Shown piece after piece: positions 1 to 8,903 of a DNA stretch of 32,000 nucleotides; position 1 is the stretch's first letter, and each line of letters opens with the position of its first letter. The stretch is taken from NCBI GenBank assembly GCA_046539325.1, contig JBKHHD010000002.1, forward strand, positions 30,426-62,425, read 5' to 3'. The translations under genes and the position numbers were made by a program. This DNA comes from Candidatus Aenigmatarchaeota archaeon. Lineage in GTDB: Archaea; Aenigmatarchaeota; Aenigmatarchaeia; PWEA01. The notes under the pieces are model-generated. The model searched no databases, was not told where the DNA came from, and worked only from the letters and a program-made list of their open reading frames with translations.

Positions 1-282
1 TACAAGAAGGAGTTTGATGAACCGGAACTGGTCGACAACCCACCGACGAAAAAGGCGAACAAGGCATATTCACAGATCGTGGAGATAGAGTTCGTCGTTT
101 CCTCGGTAAAGAACCTTATGACGTTCTCGATGATATACGGTCCTTCATCCGTGGAAATCATAGAACCCAACTCTGTAGAAATCAAAGTCGATGAACTGCA
201 GGATATGGCAAACAGTGCCGCAGCCCTGATACATCAGTACGCATCACAGGGAGCCGGTGGCATTGTTACTTCGCCTGATTGA
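1..282 (+). CDS. C-terminal part of a hypothetical protein (gene starts upstream of the window)
   Basis: Frame 1 is open from base 1 to TGA 280-282. The track ORF 79..282 is only its Met-limited tail. No motif recognised. Confidence 0.5.
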   Translation, partial: YKKEFDEPELVDNPPTKKANKAYSQIVEIEFVVSSVKNLMTFSMIYGPSSVEIIEPNSVEIKVDELQDMANSAAALIHQYASQGAGGIVTSPD

Positions 283-347
283 AACGTTTCAGGAAAGCCG
301 AACAAAATCTAAAACTATTTATTTCTTGATTAGAAACCTTAGACAGT

Positions 348-1244
348 ATGAAAAGAATAGTTTTAAGTCTCGCTCTAGCGTTGGTGCTTATGCCTGCAGT
401 GGCAGAAGCAGCCAGTCTGAACCTTTACAGGAGACAGGTTCTCGCAGGTCCCGCGGAGAGCTCCGTGGAGGATACACTTCTCTTCGAGGAGGCACCATCT
501 ACGCTAGAACTACCGATTTTTTCCACCCTGAGTAAGTTCGAGGCAAGGTCAACACTCTCAAACCACACCTGCGAAGCGGGCGAAAAAGGGTATGGTTCAC
601 TCATAACCTGTGAGCTTCCTGAGGGCGAAAGCGGAAGGCTCTCCCTGGAGTTCACGACCAAGGGATTCGTCAGGGAAACGGGTAAACACTACTACTTCCA
701 GGACGACTTCGATACGCCGTACCAGACAGAAAACATGGTATACAACGCCAAGCTAAAGGAAGGTCTCGTGCTAATAGACGAGGATATGGAAACGCCCTTC
801 GACAGGTTCTCGCCGAGCTATGGTGAGGAGGGCTCGGACGGAAGGAGGATATATATTGTATGGTCGGAGGAGAATGTATCTCCGGGCGAAGGAATACAGG
901 TATCTATGTCCTTTGAAAAAACAACAAGAGAGAATGGTATCTCACTGGAGGTTTTGATAGTTATAACGGGTGTAGTCCTTGTGGCCTTACTCCTCGTATT
1001 AGGTGCAAATATAGGGAAGGGTGAGGAAGGCTCCCTTCCGGAAGCCCTCAAGGATGACGAGAGGAAAACAATGGAGATAATTGAGAACTCCGGAGGGCAG
1101 ATAAAACAGAAGAGGATCGTGGATGCAGTAGACTTCTCCAAAGCAAAGGTTTCAAGACTGGTCCACGATCTAAAGGAACGTGGCCTCCTGGAAACAGAAA
1201 AGGTTGGCAGAACGAACAGGGTAAAGCTAAAGGAAGGTAACTGA
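348..1244 (+). CDS. Membrane-anchored protein: signal/anchor, outside domain, TM helix, cytoplasmic winged-helix (MarR/TrmB-like) DNA-binding domain
   Basis: N-terminus MKRIVLSLALALVLMPAVAEA. TM helix LEVLIVITGVVLVALLLVLGANI. C-terminus MEIIENSGGQIKQKRIVDAVDFSKAKVSRLVHDLKERGLLETEKVGRTNRVKL reads as a wHTH. A-T rich TATA-like box about 25 nt upstream of the ATG. Stop TGA 1242-1244 lies one base before the next ATG. Confidence 0.75.
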   Translation: MKRIVLSLALALVLMPAVAEAASLNLYRRQVLAGPAESSVEDTLLFEEAPSTLELPIFSTLSKFEARSTLSNHTCEAGEKGYGSLITCELPEGESGRLSLEFTTKGFVRETGKHYYFQDDFDTPYQTENMVYNAKLKEGLVLIDEDMETPFDRFSPSYGEEGSDGRRIYIVWSEENVSPGEGIQVSMSFEKTTRENGISLEVLIVITGVVLVALLLVLGANIGKGEEGSLPEALKDDERKTMEIIENSGGQIKQKRIVDAVDFSKAKVSRLVHDLKERGLLETEKVGRTNRVKLKEGN

Positions 1245-1245
1245 C

Positions 1246-2475
1246 ATGTTCCTAACACAGCTACTGGTACAGAACTCGGTTATAATCGTTGCATCACTGA
1301 TATCGCTGTTCGTCACTATATACTTCCTCCTATGTTTCATCGAAAATCGCGGAAATCTAGACAGTCCGGAGTCCAACTGGACGCCATACGTATCGATACT
1401 TGTGCCGGCCTACAACGAGGAAGGCATTATAGGTAAGACGATAGAAGGACTGATGGAGATGAACTATCCTAATAAGGAGATCATCGTCGTGGACGACGGA
1501 TCCACGGACGACACGGTGGAGGTAGCGAGGGAAGCCTCGGGAGGCGATGACAACATCAGAATACTGACCAAGGAAAACGGTGGTAAACCAAACGCCCTAA
1601 ACTACGGCCTCGACTACTGTGAAGGTGAACTTATATTCTCCCTGGATGCAGACTCCGTCCCGAGGGAAGGAGCTATAAGGAATATGATCTCCCACTTCGA
1701 GAAGGACGAAAGGGTTATGGCGGTCGTCCCAACCCTCAAGGTCATGGAACCCTCCAACCTTTGGGAGAAGGCACAGGCCGTCGAATACGGAATAACTTCG
1801 TTTCTGCGTAAGATGCTTTCCTTCATAAACTCCCTCAACGTTACGCCGGGTGCACCGATGTACCGCAAGGAGTTCTTCGAGGAGCACGGTGGATTCGACG
1901 AAACTACGGTTACGGAGGACCAGGAAATGGGTCTGAGGATACACGAGAAGGGATACAAGGTGGACCACGCCATAGATTCTGTGGTCTACACGAAGGCACC
2001 GGACGATATGAAGGGGCTGAAGACACAGAGGGTAAGGTGGAACTACGGAAAGCTAGAGAACCTTGCAAAATATAAGCATATGTTGAGCAGGAACTACGGA
2101 AATCTAGGCACCTTTTACCTACCCACGACGCTGGCTTCCGTGGTGGTTCCTATAGCCCTTCTGTTGTACATAGGTGCGAACTCACTGGATAGACTTTACA
2201 GTCTTCTACGTCACCAGTACCTAATAGAGTTCGACCTGGAGTACCAGATGGCTTCATTTCTGGAGTTCGGGTTCTCGCCCAACATAGCCCACGTTATCCT
2301 CGGGTTTCTGATACTGTTCTCAGTAGTCACGTATATTCTGGCAAGGAGAAGGGTAAAAGAAATAGGTTTCAAGCTACCGTACATCTTCTACCTCTTCATC
2401 TACATATGGATACTTGCCGCATTCCAGTTTATAGCTCTTGTCCGGTTCATATTCGGAAGGAAACCGAAGTGGTAA
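1246..2475 (+). CDS. Family 2 glycosyltransferase, membrane-integrated processive beta-glycan-synthase type
   Basis: N-terminal TM helix. Motifs VVDDGSTDDT, SLDADS (DxD), TVTEDQE (TED) and QRVRW (QxxRW). Several C-terminal TM helices. Confidence 0.85.
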   Translation: MFLTQLLVQNSVIIVASLISLFVTIYFLLCFIENRGNLDSPESNWTPYVSILVPAYNEEGIIGKTIEGLMEMNYPNKEIIVVDDGSTDDTVEVAREASGGDDNIRILTKENGGKPNALNYGLDYCEGELIFSLDADSVPREGAIRNMISHFEKDERVMAVVPTLKVMEPSNLWEKAQAVEYGITSFLRKMLSFINSLNVTPGAPMYRKEFFEEHGGFDETTVTEDQEMGLRIHEKGYKVDHAIDSVVYTKAPDDMKGLKTQRVRWNYGKLENLAKYKHMLSRNYGNLGTFYLPTTLASVVVPIALLLYIGANSLDRLYSLLRHQYLIEFDLEYQMASFLEFGFSPNIAHVILGFLILFSVVTYILARRRVKEIGFKLPYIFYLFIYIWILAAFQFIALVRFIFGRKPKW

Positions 2476-2520
2476 GGAGAAAGATATTAATAGTAGGCTC
2501 GATTAAACTTCTCTGATAGC

Positions 2521-3882
2521 TTGAAAGATCTCGAAGAACTGAAGGGATGGATTTCAGAAAACAGGTACCTTCTCTTGATATGGATAGCTTCGACGCTGTT
2601 CTTCCTTTACCAGCAGTCCACGGGACTTTCCTGGGACTTCGCCGTCTACGAGATGAACGCGGAGTACCTCTGTTGTGACGGACACTACTTCGAGTGGGCC
2701 AGACCACCCTTTGCTCCGCTCCTCATGATCCTTTCCTCTGCCTTTACACTGTTCACGTGGAACTACGCAGGATACGTATACGTCGTCATAGTTTCCGCGA
2801 TATTTGGCTTCGGCTCCGTGAAATTCGCCGATGAGTTCGGAGTCGATAGAAGGCTGTTCTACGCTCTCATACTGTCGCCCTTCGTTCTAAACATGGGCCT
2901 CATGGCAGGCACGGAGCTGCTGACCCTGGGCTTACTGATGTTTTTTCTCTCCTACATAAAGGATATCAAGGGAGCCGTGTTTATGGGTTTGGCAGGTCTT
3001 TCGAGGTATCCTGCATTTATCTTCTTTCCGCTGGTCCTCTTCCAGAAGAACTGGAAGAAGATCCTCGCTTCCCTACTGGTCATAGGCCTCGTTGTCTCGC
3101 CTTGGCTTCTTTACAACGAGATGAAGAGGGACGACCCCATCTACTCCTTAGAAAACAGTTACGCACTCAACGTCGAGCAGCGACATGACACGGTCGATGA
3201 GCCCGGACTCATGGACTTCCTATTGCCGATAGGTTACTACCTTCCCCTTCTCTTCCTCGGAGCTTACTTCAAGTGGAAGGAAAACTGGGGCGAAAAGGAC
3301 TGGATTATAGTCGCCTTCACAGCTCTGGCCGTTTTCTCCTATCTCCGAACGCCTCACAAGGAACCAAGATACCTCTTCAACCTAATACTTCCAGCGGCCT
3401 ATTTTTCATACCACAGTCTGAGAGATCGGCACGAAAAGATTTTTATTGTAGTTCTGGCTGTAAACCTGGTTCTTGCTGGAGCGTTCTTCGTACCGCTCGG
3501 CGAGTACGCAGACATGGGTGAGGCCGTACAAGCAACGGGTAACTGCATGGCAACATCGAATCTCTGGGTGCCGATGAACTACCACGGAAAGCCAACCGAG
3601 CCAATCTCAACCAACATCTCAGAATCCCTGGAACAGGGGAATAGGGTAGTCCTTTTCAAACACGCCTCCAACTACGAGACTTACTTGAACAGAATCGACT
3701 CAGAACAACCGATAATCGAAGAAACCGAAATCTATACAGTTTTTGGTTACGAAGATAGATGTTCACCGGAGAGAAAGGCCGACCGTTCCTTCCTGGTAAG
3801 GGAAGGGGAACTGAACGACATAGAAGGCTGCGAGGATATGTTTCCTTGGTTTATCTGCGTATTCTCTCCTTCAGTAGCATGA
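2521..3882 (+). CDS. Polytopic membrane protein, probable GT-C fold glycosyltransferase (ArnT/PMT-like)
   Basis: About 10 predicted TM helices. The first loop, SWDFAVYEMNAEY...FEWARPPFAPLLM, resembles the D/E..Y and (K/R)PP(L/F) signatures of GT-C enzymes. TTG start sits 28 nt downstream of AAGATATTAATAG (2481-2493). The C-terminal ~110 aa are soluble. Confidence 0.6.
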   Translation: MKDLEELKGWISENRYLLLIWIASTLFFLYQQSTGLSWDFAVYEMNAEYLCCDGHYFEWARPPFAPLLMILSSAFTLFTWNYAGYVYVVIVSAIFGFGSVKFADEFGVDRRLFYALILSPFVLNMGLMAGTELLTLGLLMFFLSYIKDIKGAVFMGLAGLSRYPAFIFFPLVLFQKNWKKILASLLVIGLVVSPWLLYNEMKRDDPIYSLENSYALNVEQRHDTVDEPGLMDFLLPIGYYLPLLFLGAYFKWKENWGEKDWIIVAFTALAVFSYLRTPHKEPRYLFNLILPAAYFSYHSLRDRHEKIFIVVLAVNLVLAGAFFVPLGEYADMGEAVQATGNCMATSNLWVPMNYHGKPTEPISTNISESLEQGNRVVLFKHASNYETYLNRIDSEQPIIEETEIYTVFGYEDRCSPERKADRSFLVREGELNDIEGCEDMFPWFICVFSPSVA

Positions 3883-4510
3883 GAAGGATTTTAGGTGCGT
3901 CCCTCGTTCCGCTGAGGTTGGATTCACCTCTTCTCTGATCGTAATCCACCCAGACCTCCATCACGTTAAGCTCCTTCTTACATACCTGTGCGAAGATATT
4001 TGCCTCTATCTCGAATCCTCTGGCAATGAGCTCCAGGGAACGGAGAGCTTCCTGGGTAAAGCCAAGATAGCCTGTACAAAGGTCCTCGGTTTTTCTGTAA
4101 AGGAGGGTCGCAGTAATGGAAAATAAACTGTTGCCCAGATGGTGACTCAACAGCATGTTTTCCTCATCCATATCCCTGACGCCACGTACCACGTCGCAGT
4201 TCTCTAAAAGCTCAAGGAAACGTGGTATGTACTTCGGCGGATAGGTCATATCTGCGTCCAGCATTACGAACCTGTCGTAGTCATCTATTATATGACCAAC
4301 TGCAGCTCTGAAGGCTATGCCCTTTCCCTTCTCCCTTACCATCAGAACTCTGGCTCCCTTTTCTTTGGCTATCTTCACCGTGGCGTCCGTAGACAACCCA
4401 TCTATAACCACGGGCTCGAGGTCGTAGCCGTCTACATCATGAATCCTCTCCAGAACCTCGCCTATAGCCTCCTCTTCGTTGAGCGTAGGAAGGAGAACTG
4501 CGTTCCTCAT
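3851..4510 (-). CDS. Family 2 glycosyltransferase, dolichyl-phosphate sugar synthase (Dpm1)-like
   Basis: AVLLPTLNEEEAIGEVLERI, VVIDGLSTDATVKIAKEKGA, FVMLDADMTYPP. The 3' end overlaps the convergent upstream gene by 32 nt. Confidence 0.85.
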   Translation of the reverse strand: MRNAVLLPTLNEEEAIGEVLERIHDVDGYDLEPVVIDGLSTDATVKIAKEKGARVLMVREKGKGIAFRAAVGHIIDDYDRFVMLDADMTYPPKYIPRFLELLENCDVVRGVRDMDEENMLLSHHLGNSLFSITATLLYRKTEDLCTGYLGFTQEALRSLELIARGFEIEANIFAQVCKKELNVMEVWVDYDQRRGESNLSGTRDAPKILLMLLKERIRR

Positions 4511-4519
4511 CCTATCGTC

Positions 4520-4546
4520 AAGATATTTATAACAAGGGTTTAAATG
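4520..4546. promoter_or_regulatory. Divergent promoter pair in the 50-bp gap between the 4510(-) and 4561(+) starts
   Basis: AAGATATTTATAA (4520-4532) lies ~29 nt upstream of ATG 4561. GTTTAAATG (about 4538-4546, read on the minus strand) lies ~28 nt upstream of the minus-strand ATG at 4510. Confidence 0.5.
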
Positions 4547-4560
4547 TTTATACGGTATTC

Positions 4561-5316
4561 ATGGGTGAGGTATTCGACACGAACTGGAAGAGATACGGAG
4601 CAGCGATAATCGCAACGCTAGTAGTCTTCGGCTTCGGTGTGGGACTGGGCTATGCCTTTGCTTCACAGACCGCAAGACGTGTAAGGAACATGCAAGAGGA
4701 CCTCGAGGAGCAGCTCCTGGGCATGGAGGTTCAGGAGTCTCTGGCCGAGGAATACATCTGTGAGGCCGATATATTTGGGGTTAGTGAGGAAAGAACCAGT
4801 CTCGGACGGCGTCTCACCCGAATGGAGAACTCCTTCGGTCCCGAGGACGAAAGAGTAAAGGATATGAAGAAGAGGTACTCCTTGCTTTCAATAAGGCAGA
4901 TGCTCGTCGTCGAGGAGTACAACGAGTTATGTAACGACAGCTACGCACCTATAATATTCTTCTACTCGAACAAGAAAAACGTGACTGACAGCGAGTCACA
5001 GGGCTACGTCCTGGACTACATATACGAGACGTATCCGGACGAGGTCGTGATTTACTCCCTGGACTTCGATCTCGATGAACCAGGGCTCAACGCACTAAAG
5101 GATGTGTACAATGTCAACAGTACACCTACGATAGTTGTGAACGAGACGAAGTACGAAGGCCTGAGGGATCGTGACGAGGTCGAGGAGATACTCACTGAGG
5201 AGACATATCTGGACCTCAAGGAGGAAGAAGTCGAACCGGAAAGTTCGAACGAGACCGAAAGTCTCAACGAAACCTCAGAACCTGAAAACCAAACGTCTGA
5301 GAACACAGAAAATTAG
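4561..5316 (+). CDS. N-terminally anchored hypothetical protein with possible thioredoxin-like fold (no CxxC) and acidic tail
   Basis: TM helix AAIIATLVVFGFGVGLGYAFA. Central IIFFYSNKKN...STPTIVVNETKYEG is reminiscent of a Trx-fold beta-alpha-beta. C-terminal E/S/N-rich low complexity. Confidence 0.65.
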   Translation: MGEVFDTNWKRYGAAIIATLVVFGFGVGLGYAFASQTARRVRNMQEDLEEQLLGMEVQESLAEEYICEADIFGVSEERTSLGRRLTRMENSFGPEDERVKDMKKRYSLLSIRQMLVVEEYNELCNDSYAPIIFFYSNKKNVTDSESQGYVLDYIYETYPDEVVIYSLDFDLDEPGLNALKDVYNVNSTPTIVVNETKYEGLRDRDEVEEILTEETYLDLKEEEVEPESSNETESLNETSEPENQTSENTEN

Positions 5317-5459
5317 AAAACCTCTCAGAAAGCTTCTTTAAGACAATAAAAGTTCATAAGCTCCTATGAAACAGTTAAATGGTCTTAAAAATGTTCTGTG
5401 GTTCGAACAGAGTCTCTCCACAGAACGAAATCGCAGGCCTGAAACTGTTTCAAGTTACC

Positions 5460-5468
5460 TTTTTATAA
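5460..5468 (+). promoter_or_regulatory. TATA-like box upstream of the S-layer gene
   Basis: CCTTTTTATAAGG lies ~130 nt upstream of ATG 5596, which implies a ~100-nt leader. A Shine-Dalgarno AGGTGAT at 5582-5588 sits 7 nt before the ATG. Confidence 0.4.
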
Positions 5469-5595
5469 GGGAAAGGGGTTATCTAGTGATGGAGTTAAAA
5501 CAAAAGGTCCATCACGGACCGAATCCGGTTCCACCAAAATCTTTCGGAATCGGATAAACAAACAAAATTTTTAGCAAACTTAGGTGATTAGCAAC

Positions 5596-8331
5596 ATGCA
5601 AATTAAGAAACTTGCAGCATCTGCATTGGGTACATTGATGGCTGGAGCTTCTCTAGCCTTCCCAGCAGCAGCTGCATCAATGGAAGATCTTCCAGCACCG
5701 TTCATCGAGGACGGTGAAGCCGACTTCTCAATGGTAGTCGGTCAGGACGCAGCACCTTCAGACGTTGTAGGTGCTATCGACGTCGCAACGACCATGGGAG
5801 GTCAACCAACAGTAGAAGAAGAAGTAGAAACAGAAGGAGGTGTTTCAGAGTGGACAGCAGACAACGGAATCACACTCAACAGAGAGAACAGCAACCTGTT
5901 CCTATATGATGCAACAGACGCAGAAGAAAGCCGACTAGACAGCAGAGACCTAGACGCACTCTCCTCAACAGAATTCACATCTGAAGACGGAGAAGACGTA
6001 GACGTAGAATACGAAGCAAACATCGGAAGCGAGAACCAGAGCTTCAACACAGCAGGAGACCACGACGACCCACTCCTACACGTCAACGTTGACACTGACG
6101 CTGAAGAAGACGAACTGTTCTCAGCAACCGTTGAATTCAGTGACAGCATCGACTTTACAGAGACAGACCACGGCGAAGGAGATGCAGACGAAGTTCTTGA
6201 AGATGGAGATGAAATCTCACTCTTCGGAACAGAGTACAGCTTCTCTGACGAGTCCGACAAAGACACACTCGTCCTTTACGAGAACAGTGAGACATTCGAC
6301 GTCGAAGACGGAGACGAAGAAACAGTCGAAATCGGTGACGACGAACACACCTTCGAAACAGTAACAGTCAACGAAGAAGGAGACTCAGCAACAATCCGTG
6401 TCGACGAAGAACTTGAAGAAGTCAACGAAGATAGCGACGACGAAATCACAGTCGGCGACACAGACATCCGAGTAAGAAACATCTTCTCAACAGGCAGTGA
6501 CGGAGAAGGAGTAGTCGAATTCGCAATCGGAAGCGACGAACTGAACATCCACGAAGACGGAGAAGTAGAGAAAGACGAAGACGAAGTAGAAGGAGTCCAC
6601 GCTGAACTCAGCGGAGGCGACTTCAACGACGTTGACGACATAGAGTTCCGTTTCGGAGCCGCAGACAGTGATGAGGACTACCTCGAAGCTGGCGACAGCT
6701 ACACAGACCCAGTCTTCGGAGCACTTGAGTTCCACTACGGAGGACTCAGCCCGAACGCTGCTGAAGACCCAGCAGAGACAGTCGAAGTCGAAGCAGAAGA
6801 TGAAGAAGCAGCAGAGATCAGCTTCATGGACGAGAGCGGCGAAGACGCAGACATCGCATTCAAACACGAAGACGCAGACAACAACCTGGCAGTTGACGAC
6901 GACGAAGACATCGCGACCTACGACGGACAATCAGTCAAAGAAGAGGAACACCTCATCCTCAACCAGAACGAAGACGCAGCGATGTACCAGGTCACAGACG
7001 TCGACGACACAGACCTCCAAGACGCACGTGACAGTGATGATGATAACGATCCTTACACTGAAGACGGAGAAGTCTCAGTAGAACTTGAGAACGTTGTCAC
7101 AGGAGAATCAGTCACAGTCGAAGACGATGGACTAGAAATCGATGATGATGCTGCTGAAACAGTTGAACTCAAAGATGAATCTGTCGAAGGAATGGACTTT
7201 GATGTCACGTTCGAAGGCGACGACCACGTCTCACTCGAAAGCACCTACGACGACGGACAGGCAGTCTATCCAAACCTGTACAGTGAATCAGGTGCAGCAG
7301 TAGCATTCGCAGAAGAAGCAAGCAACTTTGCATCCATCACCGCAGATGATGAAGATAGTGATACACAGACTCACGACATCAGACTTCCAAGTACCACGTC
7401 TTCAGGAGATCTAGACGTAACAGTGGAGATTGATGAGTCTAATGAGGAAGCAACGGTAACTGGAGATGGCGTCTCAGACGCTGACACAGAAGACGTAGAC
7501 GAAGGAGCAACCATCGATTTCACAGCAGGAGAAGTTGACTACGACCTTGAGCTATCAAACGAGACTTTCGACGGAAATGCTGGTGATACGACGTTCGATC
7601 TGACTTTGAACGTTGACGAAGCAGACAGCAATCCGTCCGCAATGGTTCTTCAGCCTGAGGACGACGAAGAAGACGAGCACGGATTCATCTTCGAGCCTAA
7701 AGGCGCCGATGACGATGAGGTAGACGGCGGCGTAGACGTTGGCTACACAGGAGAAGACGACGACGACAGAGACGATGTCCGTAAAGGCGGTTGGGCAACA
7801 CAGGACATGGACAGTGAGGACAACGTCGAAGTAGGTTACAACACCTACGGTACGTACACAGAGTACGACACTGATGACGACGACGAAGTCTTCACAGCTC
7901 AGCTTCCAGAAGCTCAGTCAACATCTGGTATGGCTCTGACTGGCGAAGACGGAGAGCTTTCCGCTGAAGGTGGCGGAGGTTCAGTGAGCTACGACAGGAT
8001 CATGCCGGTTTATGATGCTGTCGGTGCACTCGACAGTGAAGTCGAAGACCCCGCAAGCCAGGATCTGATTCTGGTTGGTGGACCTACGGTCAACACTCTG
8101 GTCGACGATCTCGTCCAGGAAGGCAAGATCGAAGGAACAGGCGCAGAAGAAGAAGAAGAAGACACGTTCGAGTGGCAGGAAGACACGCCTGAAGTCCAGC
8201 TGGTCGAAGACGCATTCGCTGACGGTCAGACCGCTCTTGTTGTCGCAGGGTGGGACCCCGAAGACACGAGAGACGCTGCTTTCGAAGTGCAGGATCAGTT
8301 GAACCCTGACACTGAAAGTCCGTTCGCTTAA
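5596..8331 (+). CDS. Hyperacidic secreted S-layer-like protein
   Basis: Signal peptide MQIKKLAASALGTLMAGASLAFPAAAAS. N-terminal FSMVVGQDAAPSDVVGAIDVATTMGG and C-terminal DLILVGGPTVNTLVDDLV...TALVVAGWDPEDTRDAA resemble the conserved ends of the Methanococcales-type S-layer family (S_layer_N/S_layer_C). The centre is dominated by D/E. ATG 5596 is preferred over track GTG 5584 because of the SD spacing. Confidence 0.8.
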   Translation: MQIKKLAASALGTLMAGASLAFPAAAASMEDLPAPFIEDGEADFSMVVGQDAAPSDVVGAIDVATTMGGQPTVEEEVETEGGVSEWTADNGITLNRENSNLFLYDATDAEESRLDSRDLDALSSTEFTSEDGEDVDVEYEANIGSENQSFNTAGDHDDPLLHVNVDTDAEEDELFSATVEFSDSIDFTETDHGEGDADEVLEDGDEISLFGTEYSFSDESDKDTLVLYENSETFDVEDGDEETVEIGDDEHTFETVTVNEEGDSATIRVDEELEEVNEDSDDEITVGDTDIRVRNIFSTGSDGEGVVEFAIGSDELNIHEDGEVEKDEDEVEGVHAELSGGDFNDVDDIEFRFGAADSDEDYLEAGDSYTDPVFGALEFHYGGLSPNAAEDPAETVEVEAEDEEAAEISFMDESGEDADIAFKHEDADNNLAVDDDEDIATYDGQSVKEEEHLILNQNEDAAMYQVTDVDDTDLQDARDSDDDNDPYTEDGEVSVELENVVTGESVTVEDDGLEIDDDAAETVELKDESVEGMDFDVTFEGDDHVSLESTYDDGQAVYPNLYSESGAAVAFAEEASNFASITADDEDSDTQTHDIRLPSTTSSGDLDVTVEIDESNEEATVTGDGVSDADTEDVDEGATIDFTAGEVDYDLELSNETFDGNAGDTTFDLTLNVDEADSNPSAMVLQPEDDEEDEHGFIFEPKGADDDEVDGGVDVGYTGEDDDDRDDVRKGGWATQDMDSEDNVEVGYNTYGTYTEYDTDDDDEVFTAQLPEAQSTSGMALTGEDGELSAEGGGGSVSYDRIMPVYDAVGALDSEVEDPASQDLILVGGPTVNTLVDDLVQEGKIEGTGAEEEEEDTFEWQEDTPEVQLVEDAFADGQTALVVAGWDPEDTRDAAFEVQDQLNPDTESPFA

Positions 8332-8355
8332 GGACCTTCAGATTAGGGTGATCTA

Positions 8356-8400
8356 GGACTGGTTGATTCCGGTCCAAACCCCCTCCCTTTTTCTTTATTA
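8356..8400 (+). terminator. Hairpin plus T-tract terminator after the S-layer gene
   Basis: GGACTGG (8356-8362) / CCGGTCC (8369-8375) stem with a 6-nt loop, followed by CCCTTTTTCTTTATTATTCTT. Confidence 0.55.
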
Positions 8401-8470
8401 TTCTTACGCGACCAGCCTTGGCTCCGTGAAGCGTAAGGTTTTTATTTCTCAACGTAGACTTCATAAACAT

Positions 8471-8902
8471 ATGTTTGAATTCTTTGACTTCGAGCACTTC
8501 TCATGGGGAGTAGTTGTAGCACTGTTCGCCGTTATCGTACTGCTCGGAGTTACCTTTGGATTCTCCGCGTCGCTGGACATAGAGATGGAGAAGGTCCCTC
8601 TCTACGCACTCCTCGGTTTCACGATATCTATGGCACTGTTTGAGGGTGGTCTCATCGTCTACCTCTACGGTGCAAACCGTGGAGCCTTCCACTCCGAGGA
8701 GAGGAGGAAGAACCTTATCCTGAAGCTCAACTCAGTGAAGAACGCCAGGGAGGACGTCGAAGAGGGCTTCATGAAGAGGAACATGGACAAGGAGTCCAGG
8801 GACGAAATGCTGAGAGACCTCAAACAGAAGGAGCTGGAGATAAAGAACCAGCTGGAGACGCTACAGAAGGGCGAGCTGGATTTCGATATGGAGGGTGAGT
8901 GA
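8471..8902 (+). CDS. Small membrane protein (2 TM) with C-terminal coiled coil, hypothetical
   Basis: ATG 8471 lies ~27 nt downstream of GGTTTTTATTTCTC. The upstream part of track ORF 8363.. covers the terminator region. TM helices VVVALFAVIVLLGVTFGF and LYALLGFTISMALFEGGLIVYLY. Confidence 0.6.
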   Translation: MFEFFDFEHFSWGVVVALFAVIVLLGVTFGFSASLDIEMEKVPLYALLGFTISMALFEGGLIVYLYGANRGAFHSEERRKNLILKLNSVKNAREDVEEGFMKRNMDKESRDEMLRDLKQKELEIKNQLETLQKGELDFDMEGE

Positions 8903-8903
8903 A

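Noticed and set aside
5393-5426. tRNA-like GGTTCGAA motif
   Set aside because: No acceptor, D or anticodon arms can be built around it. It is better explained as a 9-bp inverted repeat (terminator-like hairpin).
5366-5557. 63-aa ORF upstream of the S-layer gene
   Set aside because: No SD and no leaderless-compatible promoter. It spans the predicted TATA box and structured leader of the S-layer mRNA.
5802-7244. Many long antisense and off-frame ORFs inside the S-layer gene (5802..6266-, 6089..6364+, 6276..6641-, 6487..6930-, 6668..7081+, 7053..7244-)
   Set aside because: They are by-products of the GAN/GAC/GAA codon periodicity of the D/E-rich gene. Their products are S/T- or K/T-rich low complexity with no start context.
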